From Escherichia coli (GTDB lineage Bacteria > Pseudomonadota > Gammaproteobacteria > Enterobacterales > Enterobacteriaceae), in the NCBI RefSeq assembly GCF_001677475.2, contig NZ_CP015229.1: DNA of 64,000 bases; one strand, given 5' to 3'. The position numbers and the translations under genes are program-made. The notes below the pieces were generated by a model, which saw nothing but the letters and a program-made list of their open reading frames with translations, was not told the origin of the DNA and made no database searches. This document shows positions 49,218 to 60,514 of the stretch, one piece after another; the first letter of the stretch is position 1; each line of letters opens with the position of its first letter.

Positions 49218-49964
49218 TTACTTCTTAATAAATTGAGGAAGTTTGGATAGATTTTTATACGCTAAAGCTATTGGCCAGATAATACCATTCTGTTTCATAG
49301 CGCGAATATCTTCCATTGATTTATTGATCATGGAAGATGCTGAGCGATTGCTAATTCCACCAACACGCATTTTCACTAATACTTTTGGTAAGTAAGCTAT
49401 TGAAATACGCTGTTTTAAAATATAACGTAATAATGAGTCATAATCAGCAGATATTCGGTAATCTAATGAAAAACAACCAAACTCACTATAACAATCGCGT
49501 TTCATATAAAATGATGGGTGTGGCGGCATCCAACCTAGTTTCATCTTCAAACGGCTAAATGAGCCACTCTTCCATAATCTAATACGTTTAGTCGTATCAT
49601 TTTGGGCAACATACTCCAAATCACCATAAACAGCATCACACCCTGAACTTTCAAATGTTTTTACTATATCTGCAATAGCATCGTCATAAGCAAGTAAGTC
49701 ATCAGAGTGCAAAAATCCAATTATATCACCAGAAGCTGCTTGAATACCTTTATTCAGTGCATCATAAATACCATTGTCGGGTTCGCAAATGATTGTTGAA
49801 ACTCTTGTACATTTACTCTTGATTAGCTCTATTGTATTATCTTTCGATGCTCCATCTACAACTATATATTCAATATCTGAATGCGTTTGTTTTTCCAGAG
49901 AGAGTAATGTATCAAGAAGCGTTTTTTCACTATTATAAGTTGCTGTGATAATTGAAATCCGCAT
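49218..49964 (-). CDS. Glycosyltransferase, family 2
   Basis: 248 aa MRISIITATYNSEKTLLDTLLSLEKQTHSDIEYIVVDGASKDNT... (GT-A fold). Confidence 0.8.
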   Translation of the reverse strand: MRISIITATYNSEKTLLDTLLSLEKQTHSDIEYIVVDGASKDNTIELIKSKCTRVSTIICEPDNGIYDALNKGIQAASGDIIGFLHSDDLLAYDDAIADIVKTFESSGCDAVYGDLEYVAQNDTTKRIRLWKSGSFSRLKMKLGWMPPHPSFYMKRDCYSEFGCFSLDYRISADYDSLLRYILKQRISIAYLPKVLVKMRVGGISNRSASSMINKSMEDIRAMKQNGIIWPIALAYKNLSKLPQFIKK

Positions 49965-51370
49965 TAGTATCCAACTCCAGAAGAAGAAACTCTTATAACA
50001 TCATCCTCTTCCAAGTAGACTCCTGATCTAACCTCAATTATTTCAAGTGGGATCTTGCCAGGATTTTCAATGGCATGTGGAACACCAACAGGTATATATG
50101 TTGATTCATTTTCTGAAACAAGATAAGTTTTCTCCTCAAGATGAACTTTAGCTGTCCCCGAAACAACAATCCAATGTTCAGTACGATGGTAATGGATCTG
50201 CTTAGCGGTAATGTGACCCGGTAATACAATCACATGTTTAACCTGAAAGCGTTGCCCTTCAGCTATAGTGTCATGACTGCCCCAAGGACGAAAAATTTCC
50301 CGATGTTGTAAATATTCTGTTCGATTATTCTTTTTAAGCTGAGCTACGATGTTTTTAACTTGCTGAACTTTATCTTTATGAGCAACTAATACTGCATCTT
50401 TCGTTTCAACGACAACCAAATCCTTTACGCCCACGGCACCAATAAGTCTATGCTGCGAATAAAGATAACTATCTGTAGCATCCTCAACCAAAACATCACC
50501 ACGAATGGCATTGCCGCTTTGGTCTTTTGAACTTATTTCCCACAGCGCAGACCATGACCCAACATCACTCCATTGCGCATCCAATGGTACGACTACAGCT
50601 TCTGCTGTTTTTTCCATAACGGCATAGTCGATTGACTCTTCAGGGCAGCAAGAAAAAGAAGAATTATCCAAGCGGATAAAATCTAAATCTTGAGTCGAGG
50701 AAGCTAAGGATTGCTGACAACTCTCTAGAATATCTGGACGGAATTTTTTTAGTTCATCGATGAATACAGATGCTCTGAACATAAACATTCCACTATTCCA
50801 AAGATAACCGCCATCTGACAAATACCGCTGAGCTAATTCTAGCTCTGGCTTTTCAACAAAAGCTGCAACTTTATAACCTTGCCCACTAAGTGGATCACCT
50901 GACTTAATATAGCCATACCCTGTCTCTGGAGCTGTTGGAACAATGCCAAATGTGACCAACTTACCTTGCTGCGCAAACTCCTTCGCGGCCAAAACTGCTG
51001 TAATGAAACTATTCTCATCCTGAATTTCATGGTCAGCCGCAAGAACTAAAAGTATAGGATCCTCTCCACTTGCCGTTGCCTGAAGCGCTGCAAGGGCTAC
51101 AGCTGGTGCCGTATTGCGCCCAACAGGCTCAAGCAAAATCCCACTATGCTTTAAACCAACTTTACGTAATTGTTCAGCAACGATGAAACGATGTGATTCA
51201 TTACAAATGATCAAAGCAGGATTGTGTTCAACCTTTTCTAGCCGTCGCATAGTCTCTTGCAACATAGTTAAGCGGCTATTTAAAGACAGAAATTGTTTCG
51301 GATAAAGTGTACGTGAAAGAGGCCATAATCTGGTACCAGATCCACCGGCCATGACAACGGGAAGTAGCAT
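49964..51370 (-). CDS. manC: Mannose-1-phosphate guanylyltransferase / mannose-6-phosphate isomerase
   Basis: 468 aa [28 protein letters not shown]... with C-terminal cupin. Confidence 0.92.
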   Translation of the reverse strand: MLLPVVMAGGSGTRLWPLSRTLYPKQFLSLNSRLTMLQETMRRLEKVEHNPALIICNESHRFIVAEQLRKVGLKHSGILLEPVGRNTAPAVALAALQATASGEDPILLVLAADHEIQDENSFITAVLAAKEFAQQGKLVTFGIVPTAPETGYGYIKSGDPLSGQGYKVAAFVEKPELELAQRYLSDGGYLWNSGMFMFRASVFIDELKKFRPDILESCQQSLASSTQDLDFIRLDNSSFSCCPEESIDYAVMEKTAEAVVVPLDAQWSDVGSWSALWEISSKDQSGNAIRGDVLVEDATDSYLYSQHRLIGAVGVKDLVVVETKDAVLVAHKDKVQQVKNIVAQLKKNNRTEYLQHREIFRPWGSHDTIAEGQRFQVKHVIVLPGHITAKQIHYHRTEHWIVVSGTAKVHLEEKTYLVSENESTYIPVGVPHAIENPGKIPLEIIEVRSGVYLEEDDVIRVSSSGVGY

Positions 51371-51375
51371 ATCTA

Positions 51376-51837
51376 TTACCTTGATATAAAATAATTTTTG
51401 GTATATTGATGAACTGTAGTGCTATTAAGCAACGTTACTACATCAAACCACTTGTAGGAATTATGCTGAATCGTTGGTAGGCGAAGTTGCTGCGGATTAA
51501 TTTGAATTTCATATCCATGCACTACGTAGTGTGTAGAAAAATCTAGTTCAGAAAAATTGTCATTGTAAAAGTGTTCATACACACCAAGAAATATGGCCTC
51601 ACCAAGACTAGTTTGAACGCCTAACTCTTCATATGTGATCCTTTTAAAAGCATCCTCGAATGACTCGTCCTTAAAAATTCGCCCTCCAGGCACAAACCAA
51701 TAATTTTTTGCGGGGCGATTCAGGCGCTGCCCAAGCAGCGCCTCTCCTTTATCATTTCTAATTATGAGGTCAATCGAGATTAGAGGAGTATGCTTGACTA
51801 TTGTTTTAAATAACTCATATTCTAATCTCTTTTTCAT
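51376..51837 (-). CDS. gmm: GDP-mannose mannosyl hydrolase (Nudix)
   Basis: 153 aa Nudix box GGRIFKDESFEDAFKRITYEELG. Confidence 0.88.
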   Translation of the reverse strand: MKKRLEYELFKTIVKHTPLISIDLIIRNDKGEALLGQRLNRPAKNYWFVPGGRIFKDESFEDAFKRITYEELGVQTSLGEAIFLGVYEHFYNDNFSELDFSTHYVVHGYEIQINPQQLRLPTIQHNSYKWFDVVTLLNSTTVHQYTKNYFISR

Positions 51838-51839
51838 AA

Positions 51840-52805
51840 CTATCCCCGAAAAGAATCAATATTCTCAAGAAACCATTGATATGTTAATGATAGACCTTCA
51901 TGTAAATTATAGCGATGTAGCCAGCCCAAGTTTTTGAGTCGGGTAACGTCCATAAGCTTTCGCGGGGTGCCATCTGGTTTGGTCGCGTCAAAAACAATTT
52001 TTCCTTGATAACCCACTACAGAAGCCATTGTTTCAGCCATTTCACGTATAGAACAATCCACCCCCGTACCAACATTAATATGAGATAACATTGGTTGTGT
52101 ATTTTGTTGATAGATTGTGTCCTCTAACTCCATCACATGAACCGAGGCAGCAGCCATATCATCAACATATAAAAACTCACGCATCGGTGTTCCCGTGCCC
52201 CAGACAATAACTTCTTGTGCACCACTTTCTTTTGCCTCATGGAATCTACGCATAAGCGCCGGAATAACATGGGAGTTTTCAGGATGGAAGTTATCATTCG
52301 AACCATAAAGATTAGTCGGCATTACACTTCTATAATCGCGACCATATTGACGATTATAAGACTCACATAATTTTATGCCCGCAATCTTAGCAATTGCGTA
52401 TGGCTCATTAGTTGGCTCAAGTATGCCCGTCAAAAGTGCAGACTCTTTCATCGGCTGCTCTGCAAATTTTGGATAAATGCAGCTAGAGCCTAAAAAAAGT
52501 AATTTTTGAATTCCAACCTTGTGAGCTGAATGTATAATATTACTCTCAATCATGAGATTCTGATAAATGAATTCTGCTGGAAATGTATTATTGGCATAAA
52601 TACCACCTACTTTTGCCGCAGCAAGATAAACCTGATCAACCCTCTCTCTCTCAAAAAATGCCTCAACATCCTTCTGCACGGTCAGATCGAGTTCTTTGTG
52701 TGTTTTAACCACTAACTCGATATCATCACGCAGCGATAATTGTCGGCAAATAGCAGAGCCAACCATGCCCTGGTGCCCAGCAACATATACTCTTTTCTTT
52801 ATCAT
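51840..52805 (-). CDS. fcl: GDP-L-fucose synthase
   Basis: 321 aa [23 protein letters not shown]... Confidence 0.93.
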   Translation of the reverse strand: MIKKRVYVAGHQGMVGSAICRQLSLRDDIELVVKTHKELDLTVQKDVEAFFERERVDQVYLAAAKVGGIYANNTFPAEFIYQNLMIESNIIHSAHKVGIQKLLFLGSSCIYPKFAEQPMKESALLTGILEPTNEPYAIAKIAGIKLCESYNRQYGRDYRSVMPTNLYGSNDNFHPENSHVIPALMRRFHEAKESGAQEVIVWGTGTPMREFLYVDDMAAASVHVMELEDTIYQQNTQPMLSHINVGTGVDCSIREMAETMASVVGYQGKIVFDATKPDGTPRKLMDVTRLKNLGWLHRYNLHEGLSLTYQWFLENIDSFRG

Positions 52806-52808
52806 GTA

Positions 52809-53942
52809 TTAACGCTCCAGAGAAACCGAAACATCATAACCATGGCTTTTAAGAAGTGCATGTTGTTTCGCTTTTAACAAATCGCTAGCAACCATTTCTG
52901 CACACATCTCTTCAACTGTAATCTCTGGTTCCCAGCCTAATAGATTTTTTGCTTTTGCAGGGTCACCTAAGAGTGTTTCAACTTCAGCAGGACGGAAATA
53001 ACGAGGATCAACCCGAACTATAACGTCTCCAACATTTACACCAATAGCACAATCGGAAACTTTATTAACTACTGTGGCTATCTCATCTACACCCTCACCA
53101 GTGAATTCAAGTTCAAGTCCGACTTCTTTAGCAGCCATACGGACAAATTCACGCACAGATATCTGTTTACCTGTGGCGATGACAAAATCCTCTGGATGAT
53201 CTTGCTGAAGCATCATCCATTGCATGCGAACATAATCTTTAGCGTGTCCCCAGTCACGCAACGAATCCAGATTACCCAAATATAAGCATTGTTCGATCCC
53301 CTGAGAAATATTAGCTATTGCACGAGTAATTTTACGAGTAACAAAAGTTTCTCCACGGCGTGGCGATTCATGGTTAAAAAGAATACCATTACAAGCATAT
53401 ATACCATAAGATTCACGGTAGTTAACTGTTATCCAGTAAGCATACATCTTAGCTACAGCATAAGGCGAACGCGGGTAGAATGGAGTTGTTTCACGCTGAG
53501 GAATCTCTTGCACTAAACCAAAAAGTTCTGAAGTAGATGCTTGATAGAAACGTGTTTTTTTCTCCAGCCCACAGATTCGTATTGCTTCTAATAAACGTAA
53601 TGTACCTATTGCATCTACATCTGCTGTATATTCTGGTGACTCGAATGATACTGCGACATGGGATTGTGCACCAAGGTTATAAATTTCATCCGGTTGAATT
53701 TCTTGGATTAAACGGATCAGATTCGATGTATCTGTTAAATCCCCATAGTGTAAAATAAAATTAGGCTCATCAACGAATCGTGATTGATATATATGATCAA
53801 TTCTATCAGTGTTAAATGACGATGCTCGGCGTTTTATACCATGTACTTCATAACCTTTTTCAATAAGAAATTCAGCAAGATATGAACCATCTTGTCCAGT
53901 TACGCCTGTGATAAATGCAACTTTTTTATTCATTTTAATCAT
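52809..53942 (-). CDS. gmd: GDP-mannose 4,6-dehydratase (true start may be 9 nt downstream, at [10 protein letters not shown])
   Basis: 377 aa; [19 protein letters not shown]... SDR-type dehydratase. Confidence 0.95.
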   Translation of the reverse strand: MIKMNKKVAFITGVTGQDGSYLAEFLIEKGYEVHGIKRRASSFNTDRIDHIYQSRFVDEPNFILHYGDLTDTSNLIRLIQEIQPDEIYNLGAQSHVAVSFESPEYTADVDAIGTLRLLEAIRICGLEKKTRFYQASTSELFGLVQEIPQRETTPFYPRSPYAVAKMYAYWITVNYRESYGIYACNGILFNHESPRRGETFVTRKITRAIANISQGIEQCLYLGNLDSLRDWGHAKDYVRMQWMMLQQDHPEDFVIATGKQISVREFVRMAAKEVGLELEFTGEGVDEIATVVNKVSDCAIGVNVGDVIVRVDPRYFRPAEVETLLGDPAKAKNLLGWEPEITVEEMCAEMVASDLLKAKQHALLKSHGYDVSVSLER

Positions 53943-53951
53943 GTTATGTTC

Positions 53952-54983
53952 CTAAATATTCAACTCATTATAAACTTTAATCGTTTCATTAACACATTTT
54001 GACCATGAAAATTTTTGCGCCTGCAGTAAACCTCTTTCGATCATAACATTTCTTTTTAAATTAACTAATTCTAAAGCTTCTTTTAACGTAAACTCATTAA
54101 TATCATCAATATAAATAGGCGCATTCCCCCCTACTTCCGGCAACGAGGATGTGTTTGCACAAATAACTGGACATCCGGCCTGCATAGCTTCTAGGACAGG
54201 TATTCCAAACCCCTCATAACTGGAAGGGTAAACAAGTGCATATGCAGTATTATACTGTATATTTAAATCTTCATTACTCAAAAATGTAAAATGTTCATAT
54301 CTATTTTTTAAATATTTTTCAAGGAGTTCTCTTTCATATTTTTTAAGCGAGCCTCCGCCTACAATTGTAAGCTTTAAGCCATGTAATTTCCCTACAGCTT
54401 TGACTGCAAGAACGAAATTTTTATAACCTTCTCTGGCACCGACAAACAAAACTGAATTATTTACTCTCATATCAGATATGTTAGAAATATGTTTATATGA
54501 TGGGGATACACCATTATAAATCACTCTAATTTTATCTTCACTAATTGGACAGTACTTAAGTAAATCTCTAGCAGTGTTGTTTGAAATACAAATTACGATA
54601 TCACTATTCTTGATAGCATGATATTTTTGAAGAGAATGAATAAATTTTGACATTCCTCCCCTGTATTTTTCATAGGTAAAATCATGAACAGTTGTAACAT
54701 TTTTCACATTCAAATTAGGATTTTTATGAACTCGATAATAACTTGAGTGTAAAACCCTAGTTTTAATATCACTTACATTTCTATATCTTTCTAAAATTCT
54801 TGGCTCACGATATTGCAACTTTAAGTCACTTGTATCAAACTCAAATTCTTTATTTTTATACAATAGAATTTCAGCTTGGTAATTTGATTTCACCATTCCT
54901 TGGATCAACTCATTAAAGTATACACTTATTCCACCAAATGATTGGAGATTATAAATAATCCCATCGATAGTTACCATTATCAT
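53952..54983 (-). CDS. Glycosyltransferase, family 4 (GT-B)
   Basis: 343 aa with EGFGIPVLEAMQAGCPVI motif. Confidence 0.82.
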   Translation of the reverse strand: MIMVTIDGIIYNLQSFGGISVYFNELIQGMVKSNYQAEILLYKNKEFEFDTSDLKLQYREPRILERYRNVSDIKTRVLHSSYYRVHKNPNLNVKNVTTVHDFTYEKYRGGMSKFIHSLQKYHAIKNSDIVICISNNTARDLLKYCPISEDKIRVIYNGVSPSYKHISNISDMRVNNSVLFVGAREGYKNFVLAVKAVGKLHGLKLTIVGGGSLKKYERELLEKYLKNRYEHFTFLSNEDLNIQYNTAYALVYPSSYEGFGIPVLEAMQAGCPVICANTSSLPEVGGNAPIYIDDINEFTLKEALELVNLKRNVMIERGLLQAQKFSWSKCVNETIKVYNELNI

Positions 54984-56236
54984 CGCCCTCGCAAGGTAAT
55001 ACGTTCGATTAGAACGAACAATATCAAAAAGAAGATCAGTAACAATACATATGCAGGCCCAGAAAAATAAGTTCCAAATGAAGGTGAAATGAGAATTATA
55101 GAAAGCAAAAAATAGGATGCAGAGTTCGTAATTACTTTTGCATTAAACATTTTAAGCTTAGCAAAAATATAGCCATAAAAGATATTCATAGGTGAAAGAA
55201 AAGTTAAAATGACCAGTCCAACATATCCATAATCAACAAAATTATCCATCCCTTTTGAAAAAGCAGGTGTATGCCCCGACTCTGCAGCTCCTGGATAATA
55301 GATTTCATTTACATGCAGAAATCCATATACAAAAGGTTTATCAGGAAACAAACCTCTCGGTATATAAGACCAAAACTGGCTGAAATAGACTGTGCCATTG
55401 AAAAATTTAACCACACCTTTATCAATATCTTGCAGCAAATAAATACTGTTTTGATACTGGTCAAAATAAGACAATACTACATCGACATTCATATTTCCAA
55501 TAGCTAAAAATAAATTATAGAGAATGGCACACGCTGCCAGAGGTGTAACTAAAATCAGGCCAAATTTTAGAAATCTAGATTTATTAAGACTTAACACTGC
55601 AAGATAAAAAATCGCAAATGAAAGAATAAAGGTTTTCGATCCAAGAAAAAAAACCAAGGTACAATAGAATATCGCGCATAAAAATAATTTTATTTCCGAG
55701 CGTAAAGCCAACGCTCTAGAAAAATAAGATACTGAAAGCATACTTAAAGAAAAGGCATACAAAAAACCATTACCTTCTCGATAGTTTTGATAACCATCCC
55801 TGGGATTCGTCAACCATCCAGAAATACCTATTTCTGACTTTGAAGAAAGAAGAACAAATAATGTAACAAACAGAACCAATGTAATATTTGATATTCTTTT
55901 TAATTTTGTATGCGAAATTAAGCAAGTTAAATAGCTCTCTCTATTTTTGAATATTATATTAAAAATAAAATAAAATAAAATTATAGATAAAACACCCACA
56001 AAAGAGTATATGTTATATATGAATAAAGCCTCATTATAATATTGATTTAACGCAAAGTCTGAACCATAGAAAAGAGGGGCCAGAATATTTTCCAATAGAA
56101 AAACCGGGAATAAAATAATGGCGCAAATGGTAAAGGGATTGATAATTGTAAGTCTTAGCGTTTTCGTCGCTAATAAAGAAAAAGAAAAATATAGTACTAC
56201 AGCGAGTGTAACATTTAAACAATATATTATTACCAC
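54980..56236 (-). CDS. wzy: Putative O-antigen polymerase Wzy
   Basis: 418 aa, about 10-12 predicted TM helices with a large loop; position inside the O-antigen cluster; very AT-rich. Confidence 0.7.
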   Translation of the reverse strand: MVIIYCLNVTLAVVLYFSFSLLATKTLRLTIINPFTICAIILFPVFLLENILAPLFYGSDFALNQYYNEALFIYNIYSFVGVLSIILFYFIFNIIFKNRESYLTCLISHTKLKRISNITLVLFVTLFVLLSSKSEIGISGWLTNPRDGYQNYREGNGFLYAFSLSMLSVSYFSRALALRSEIKLFLCAIFYCTLVFFLGSKTFILSFAIFYLAVLSLNKSRFLKFGLILVTPLAACAILYNLFLAIGNMNVDVVLSYFDQYQNSIYLLQDIDKGVVKFFNGTVYFSQFWSYIPRGLFPDKPFVYGFLHVNEIYYPGAAESGHTPAFSKGMDNFVDYGYVGLVILTFLSPMNIFYGYIFAKLKMFNAKVITNSASYFLLSIILISPSFGTYFSGPAYVLLLIFFLILFVLIERITLRGR

Positions 56237-56246
56237 ATCCTCTCCC

Positions 56247-57056
56247 CTATCTTAAACCGAATAATTTGCGCTTAATTGATTTTGTTTTTTGATATAATGT
56301 TTGAGGAACAATCATTTTAAATAAAACTTGCAATGTATTATAGACAGCAAATTTTATTTTGTATGATAAGGGCATATGAATATTATTTTTAGCTAGAATG
56401 TAAGCAATTTCTTTCTTGACTAATTTTTTATTAGACTCATTTGAACTTACACCCGAAGCATCCATTATGGATACAGGAAAATTCACATAATGCAACGTAG
56501 ATGGATCTATTGTTCTTATCATAAAATCACTATCAGCAGCAATTTTTAGTGTTGTATCAAAGCGATTAGCATTATCTTTAAAAAAGCTAGAATGCTGGAA
56601 AGTACCCTGATGAGGAGGAAGTGAAGGCCGACCACATTCCCACTTTTTCTGTATTTTTCCGTAAACTCCAACTATATTATCTTTATCACTAAAATATACA
56701 TCACCATATATAGTTGTTGCACTCATATTTTCGTGAATGGCATTTGCTATTTTTGAAAGAGTATTATTTTCATAGAATGTATCGCCAGCTCCCATAAAAA
56801 TAACCCAATCGCCATTTATGTGAGGAAGAGCTTTATTCCAAGCGTCGTATATTCCTTGATCAGATTCGCATAAAAAATAATCTATAATATCAATATATCT
56901 ATAAATATATTCTAGTGTTGATTTGTTAGAGTTGCCGTCTATAACAATCCATTGAATATTACAATAATTTTGATTTTTAATAGATTCTGCAGTCTTGCAG
57001 AAATCTTCCTCACAATTATACGTCGATGTTATTATAGTAATCTGTAAGCCATTCAT
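56247..57056 (-). CDS. Glycosyltransferase, family 2
   Basis: 269 aa MNGLQITIITSTYNCEEDFCKTAESIKNQNYCNIQWIVIDGNSN... Confidence 0.8.
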   Translation of the reverse strand: MNGLQITIITSTYNCEEDFCKTAESIKNQNYCNIQWIVIDGNSNKSTLEYIYRYIDIIDYFLCESDQGIYDAWNKALPHINGDWVIFMGAGDTFYENNTLSKIANAIHENMSATTIYGDVYFSDKDNIVGVYGKIQKKWECGRPSLPPHQGTFQHSSFFKDNANRFDTTLKIAADSDFMIRTIDPSTLHYVNFPVSIMDASGVSSNESNKKLVKKEIAYILAKNNIHMPLSYKIKFAVYNTLQVLFKMIVPQTLYQKTKSIKRKLFGLR

Positions 57057-57062
57057 CTTAAC

Positions 57063-57773
57063 TCACTTATTTTTCATAGCAATATATTTTAATCTTAATT
57101 CTTTAATTAATGTCTTTACTTTACTATCAGTGGAATACTCAATATTAAACGTGCCAGAGACTCCTCTTATTTTGGGAATAGTTGTTCCAATAACTCCTTT
57201 TAATTTATTATTTTTAATTTGCTCAAAAAAAATGTGTTCTAAATAAACACCATCAAGGTCACGCACAGATTTATAAGAATTAGCAAAAAAGTCCCAATAT
57301 ATTTTTTTATTTACAACATAAAATCTTGTATCAATCATATTTTCATTCAGAAAAGGAACTGGTATAAAAAAAGCTTTACCATTGAATGCATTTATACATT
57401 GCTTATAATTATCGACGTATAGTTTTGATGTTATTTTTGCAAAACTTTCAGCATTAGACAAATAGCGGCTATTCATTAATGCATACTCAATTATTTCACC
57501 CTCTCCGTAACCTTTACCATAAGATTGAACACTTTCTATATCATTTTTGAAATGTATTATCTCGATCGAATCTTTATTAAGTATTTGTTTATCATTATGA
57601 ATATCTTTCGTCAAATCATAATCACTACCATCACATATTACTATAGAATCAGCATTCTTTGACAACTCTCTTATCGCTTTCAATGTATGTAATAATCTTG
57701 AATTTTCATCAGAAAGATTTGTAAGAGGAGCATTAGGTGAGATACAAGAAGTCACTAATACTGGGATTTTCAT
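57063..57773 (-). CDS. Putative O-antigen glycosyltransferase, family unassigned (236 aa from MKIPVLVTS)
   Basis: ATG overlaps the wzx stop (ATGA); the tracker ORF extends 46 codons further, into wzx; no recognisable GT2/GT4 signature. Confidence 0.55.
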   Translation of the reverse strand: MKIPVLVTSCISPNAPLTNLSDENSRLLHTLKAIRELSKNADSIVICDGSDYDLTKDIHNDKQILNKDSIEIIHFKNDIESVQSYGKGYGEGEIIEYALMNSRYLSNAESFAKITSKLYVDNYKQCINAFNGKAFFIPVPFLNENMIDTRFYVVNKKIYWDFFANSYKSVRDLDGVYLEHIFFEQIKNNKLKGVIGTTIPKIRGVSGTFNIEYSTDSKVKTLIKELRLKYIAMKNK

Positions 57774-59014
57774 TTTTTCTTTTCCAGCCTCAACGAAATT
57801 AACATTAGTATAAAATAATCGACGGTGACTCTTGCGCTCCAAGCATAAGCCACACCTGCTACAGAAAAATACATAATTGAAAAATATAAAACCAGCAGAT
57901 ATGGAATACATTCAACAAGATGAATGAGCCCCGTAATATTTGCATAACCTTTCGATTGGATTTGAGCAAATGGAACTTGAGCAAGAGAGTTGAATACAAA
58001 ACCTACTAATAATATTTGAAATATATAAGGACTCTCAGTGCTATATTGTTTTCCAAGCCATAAAGTTATAATATCACCAGCCTTCAAAGAAAACATAATA
58101 GCTATAACTATACTAGTTACACTTATTAATAACGTAGCCTCTTTTATTATTTTTCTCCGCTCATCTTTTGTATTATTCTTGCATAGAGCAGGAAAAACTG
58201 TCCTTGCTATAGTTGTCGGTAATATAAGTAACTTTGAAATTGCATCTGCAGGAGCAATATATAACGAAGCTTTAGCGGGGCCAACTGCATTTGATAAGAT
58301 AAATCGATCAATATTTGTAAGCAATGGGTTAATTATACTACTAATACTCGCCCATCCTCCAAAACTTAATAGTGCTTTTGTTTTACTTAGACTAAAATCC
58401 ATTGTAAGCCTATTATTTCTAAAAACAAAGAACACGCTTAAAAGAGCACCAACTATTCTCGCAATCACCAATCCCAAAGTAGCATTAAGCAAACCAACAT
58501 TTCCATGAATGAAAATAACTGGTAGTAGCGCAGTTAACACACCTGTAATTGTTTTTTGTACATTCAATAATTTGAACTTTTCATATCCTTCTAATATCCC
58601 CCAACAAACCATATTAAGAAGATAAAATGGCAGACAGTAGGATAAAATACTTATAGCATATGCAACACTTTCAGTTTGTTCCGGACCACTAATTAAGGAT
58701 GCAATCTTATGGTCGCAGTAATAAAAAATTACGGCTACAACAACACCAATAGATAATGTTAATAAAAATGATGTTGTAATTATTTGACTGGTTGCCTTTT
58801 TGTCGTTTTTATTTAATGATATTTCACGCACAACGGCTCGGGAAAGTCCGAGATCAAATATACTTGCGTATCCAACTATTGTAAAAAACATTAAAAAAAA
58901 GCCAAAGTTAGTTATTCCTAACTCCCTTGCCAAATACCCCATCGCAGGTATTGACAATAAAGTTGGGATTGCATACCCAACCAAATTTATTAAACTATTT
59001 ATTTTAATACTCAT
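57770..59014 (-). CDS. wzx: O-antigen flippase Wzx
   Basis: 414 aa, 12-TM polysaccharide-transporter-like, MSIKINSLINLVGYAIPTLLSIPAMGYLAR... Confidence 0.85.
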   Translation of the reverse strand: MSIKINSLINLVGYAIPTLLSIPAMGYLARELGITNFGFFLMFFTIVGYASIFDLGLSRAVVREISLNKNDKKATSQIITTSFLLTLSIGVVVAVIFYYCDHKIASLISGPEQTESVAYAISILSYCLPFYLLNMVCWGILEGYEKFKLLNVQKTITGVLTALLPVIFIHGNVGLLNATLGLVIARIVGALLSVFFVFRNNRLTMDFSLSKTKALLSFGGWASISSIINPLLTNIDRFILSNAVGPAKASLYIAPADAISKLLILPTTIARTVFPALCKNNTKDERRKIIKEATLLISVTSIVIAIMFSLKAGDIITLWLGKQYSTESPYIFQILLVGFVFNSLAQVPFAQIQSKGYANITGLIHLVECIPYLLVLYFSIMYFSVAGVAYAWSARVTVDYFILMLISLRLEKKK

Positions 59015-59031
59015 TTTTTAATTATCTTTTG

Positions 59032-59574
59032 TCAATAATTATTTTGTATAAATGGAGTGCCCAAACAATCTTTTTGTGATAAAAGAGGTTCTTTGTATAA
59101 TTGCCAATCTATGTTAAGTAAAGCATCATTCCAAATGATACATTTCTCATGTTCTTTTGAGTAAAAATTATTGGTCTTATACAATATTTCTGAACCTTCT
59201 TCTTTTACATAAAAACCATGTGCAAATCCCTCAGGGATCCACAACTGGCGCTTATTCTCAGCAGATAAATTCACCCCAACCCACTTGCCAAAAGTAGGTG
59301 ACGATTTACGAATATCAACCGCAACATCAAAAACCTCACCAACAACGCAACGTACCAATTTCCCTTGCGCATAAGGTTCTAACTGATAATGCAGCCCGCG
59401 TAAAACACCTTTACTAGACTTCGAATGGTTATCCTGGACAAATTCAACCTTACGTCCTACAGCTTCTTCGAATACTTTCTGATTAAAGCTTTCCATAAAG
59501 AAACCACGCTCATCACCAAAAACTTTCGGCTCGAAAATTAACACATCAGGAATTTCTGTTTTAATTACGTTCAT
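59032..59574 (-). CDS. rmlC: dTDP-4-dehydrorhamnose 3,5-epimerase
   Basis: 180 aa MNVIKTEIPDVLIFEPKVFGDERGFFMESF... Confidence 0.95.
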   Translation of the reverse strand: MNVIKTEIPDVLIFEPKVFGDERGFFMESFNQKVFEEAVGRKVEFVQDNHSKSSKGVLRGLHYQLEPYAQGKLVRCVVGEVFDVAVDIRKSSPTFGKWVGVNLSAENKRQLWIPEGFAHGFYVKEEGSEILYKTNNFYSKEHEKCIIWNDALLNIDWQLYKEPLLSQKDCLGTPFIQNNY

Positions 59575-59578
59575 TTTA

Positions 59579-60457
59579 TTAATAACCTTTAATCATTTTC
59601 AGCAGATACTGTCCATAAGCATTTTTTTTCAGCGGCTCCGCTAATGCTTTCACCTGTTCAGCATCAATAAACCCTTTACGGTAAGCAATTTCTTCTGGGC
59701 AGGAAACCTTTAGTCCCTGGCGCTCTTCAATGGTGGCAATGAAGTTGCTTGCTTCAATAAGACTCTGATGTGTCCCCGTATCCAGCCATGCATAACCACG
59801 CCCCATCATGGCAACGGATAAACGCCCCTGTTCCATATAAATACGGTTAATATCGGTAATTTCCAGTTCACCACGGGCAGAAGGCTTAAGGTTTTTCGCC
59901 ATTTCGACAACGTCGTTATCATAGAAATAAAGCCCGGTTACCGCATAATTACTTTTTGGTTGTAGCGGTTTTTCTTCCAGGCAGATCGCCGTACCGTTTT
60001 TATCAAACTCAACGACACCGTAGCGTTCAGGATCATTAACGTGATAGGCAAATACCGTTGCACCACTTTCTTTGTTAACAGCGACATCCATTAACTTCGG
60101 CAGATCATGACCGTAGAAGATATTATCACCAAGAACCAAAGCACAATCATCACCACCGATAAACTCTTCACCGATAATAAACGCCTGCGCAAGCCCATCT
60201 GGAGTCGGTTGCACTTTGTACTGAAGATTTAGCCCCCACTGGCTACCGTCACCCAGCAGTTGTTGAAAACGAGGAGTATCCTGTGGCGTACTAATAATCA
60301 GAATATCGCGAATACCCGCCAACATCAGTGTAGAGAGCGGGTAATAGATCATCGGCTTATCATAAATAGGTAATAGCTGTTTACTGACAGCCATAGTCAC
60401 AGGATAAAGACGTGTACCAGAACCACCCGCTAAAATAATACCTTTACGCGTTTTCAT
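59579..60457 (-). CDS. rmlA: Glucose-1-phosphate thymidylyltransferase
   Basis: 292 aa [42 protein letters not shown]... Confidence 0.97.
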   Translation of the reverse strand: MKTRKGIILAGGSGTRLYPVTMAVSKQLLPIYDKPMIYYPLSTLMLAGIRDILIISTPQDTPRFQQLLGDGSQWGLNLQYKVQPTPDGLAQAFIIGEEFIGGDDCALVLGDNIFYGHDLPKLMDVAVNKESGATVFAYHVNDPERYGVVEFDKNGTAICLEEKPLQPKSNYAVTGLYFYDNDVVEMAKNLKPSARGELEITDINRIYMEQGRLSVAMMGRGYAWLDTGTHQSLIEASNFIATIEERQGLKVSCPEEIAYRKGFIDAEQVKALAEPLKKNAYGQYLLKMIKGY

Positions 60458-60514
60458 TTCATCATTCCTTTTAATTCATCTTGCTCCACCATCACGAACA
60501 AGATGCAAAAACTA

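Noticed and set aside
57774-57911. N-terminal 46 codons of the tracker ORF for the wzx-adjacent protein
   Set aside because: This extension overlaps the 3' end of wzx in another frame and encodes an implausible Phe/Cys-rich peptide; the ATG at 57773 overlapping the wzx stop is the likelier start.
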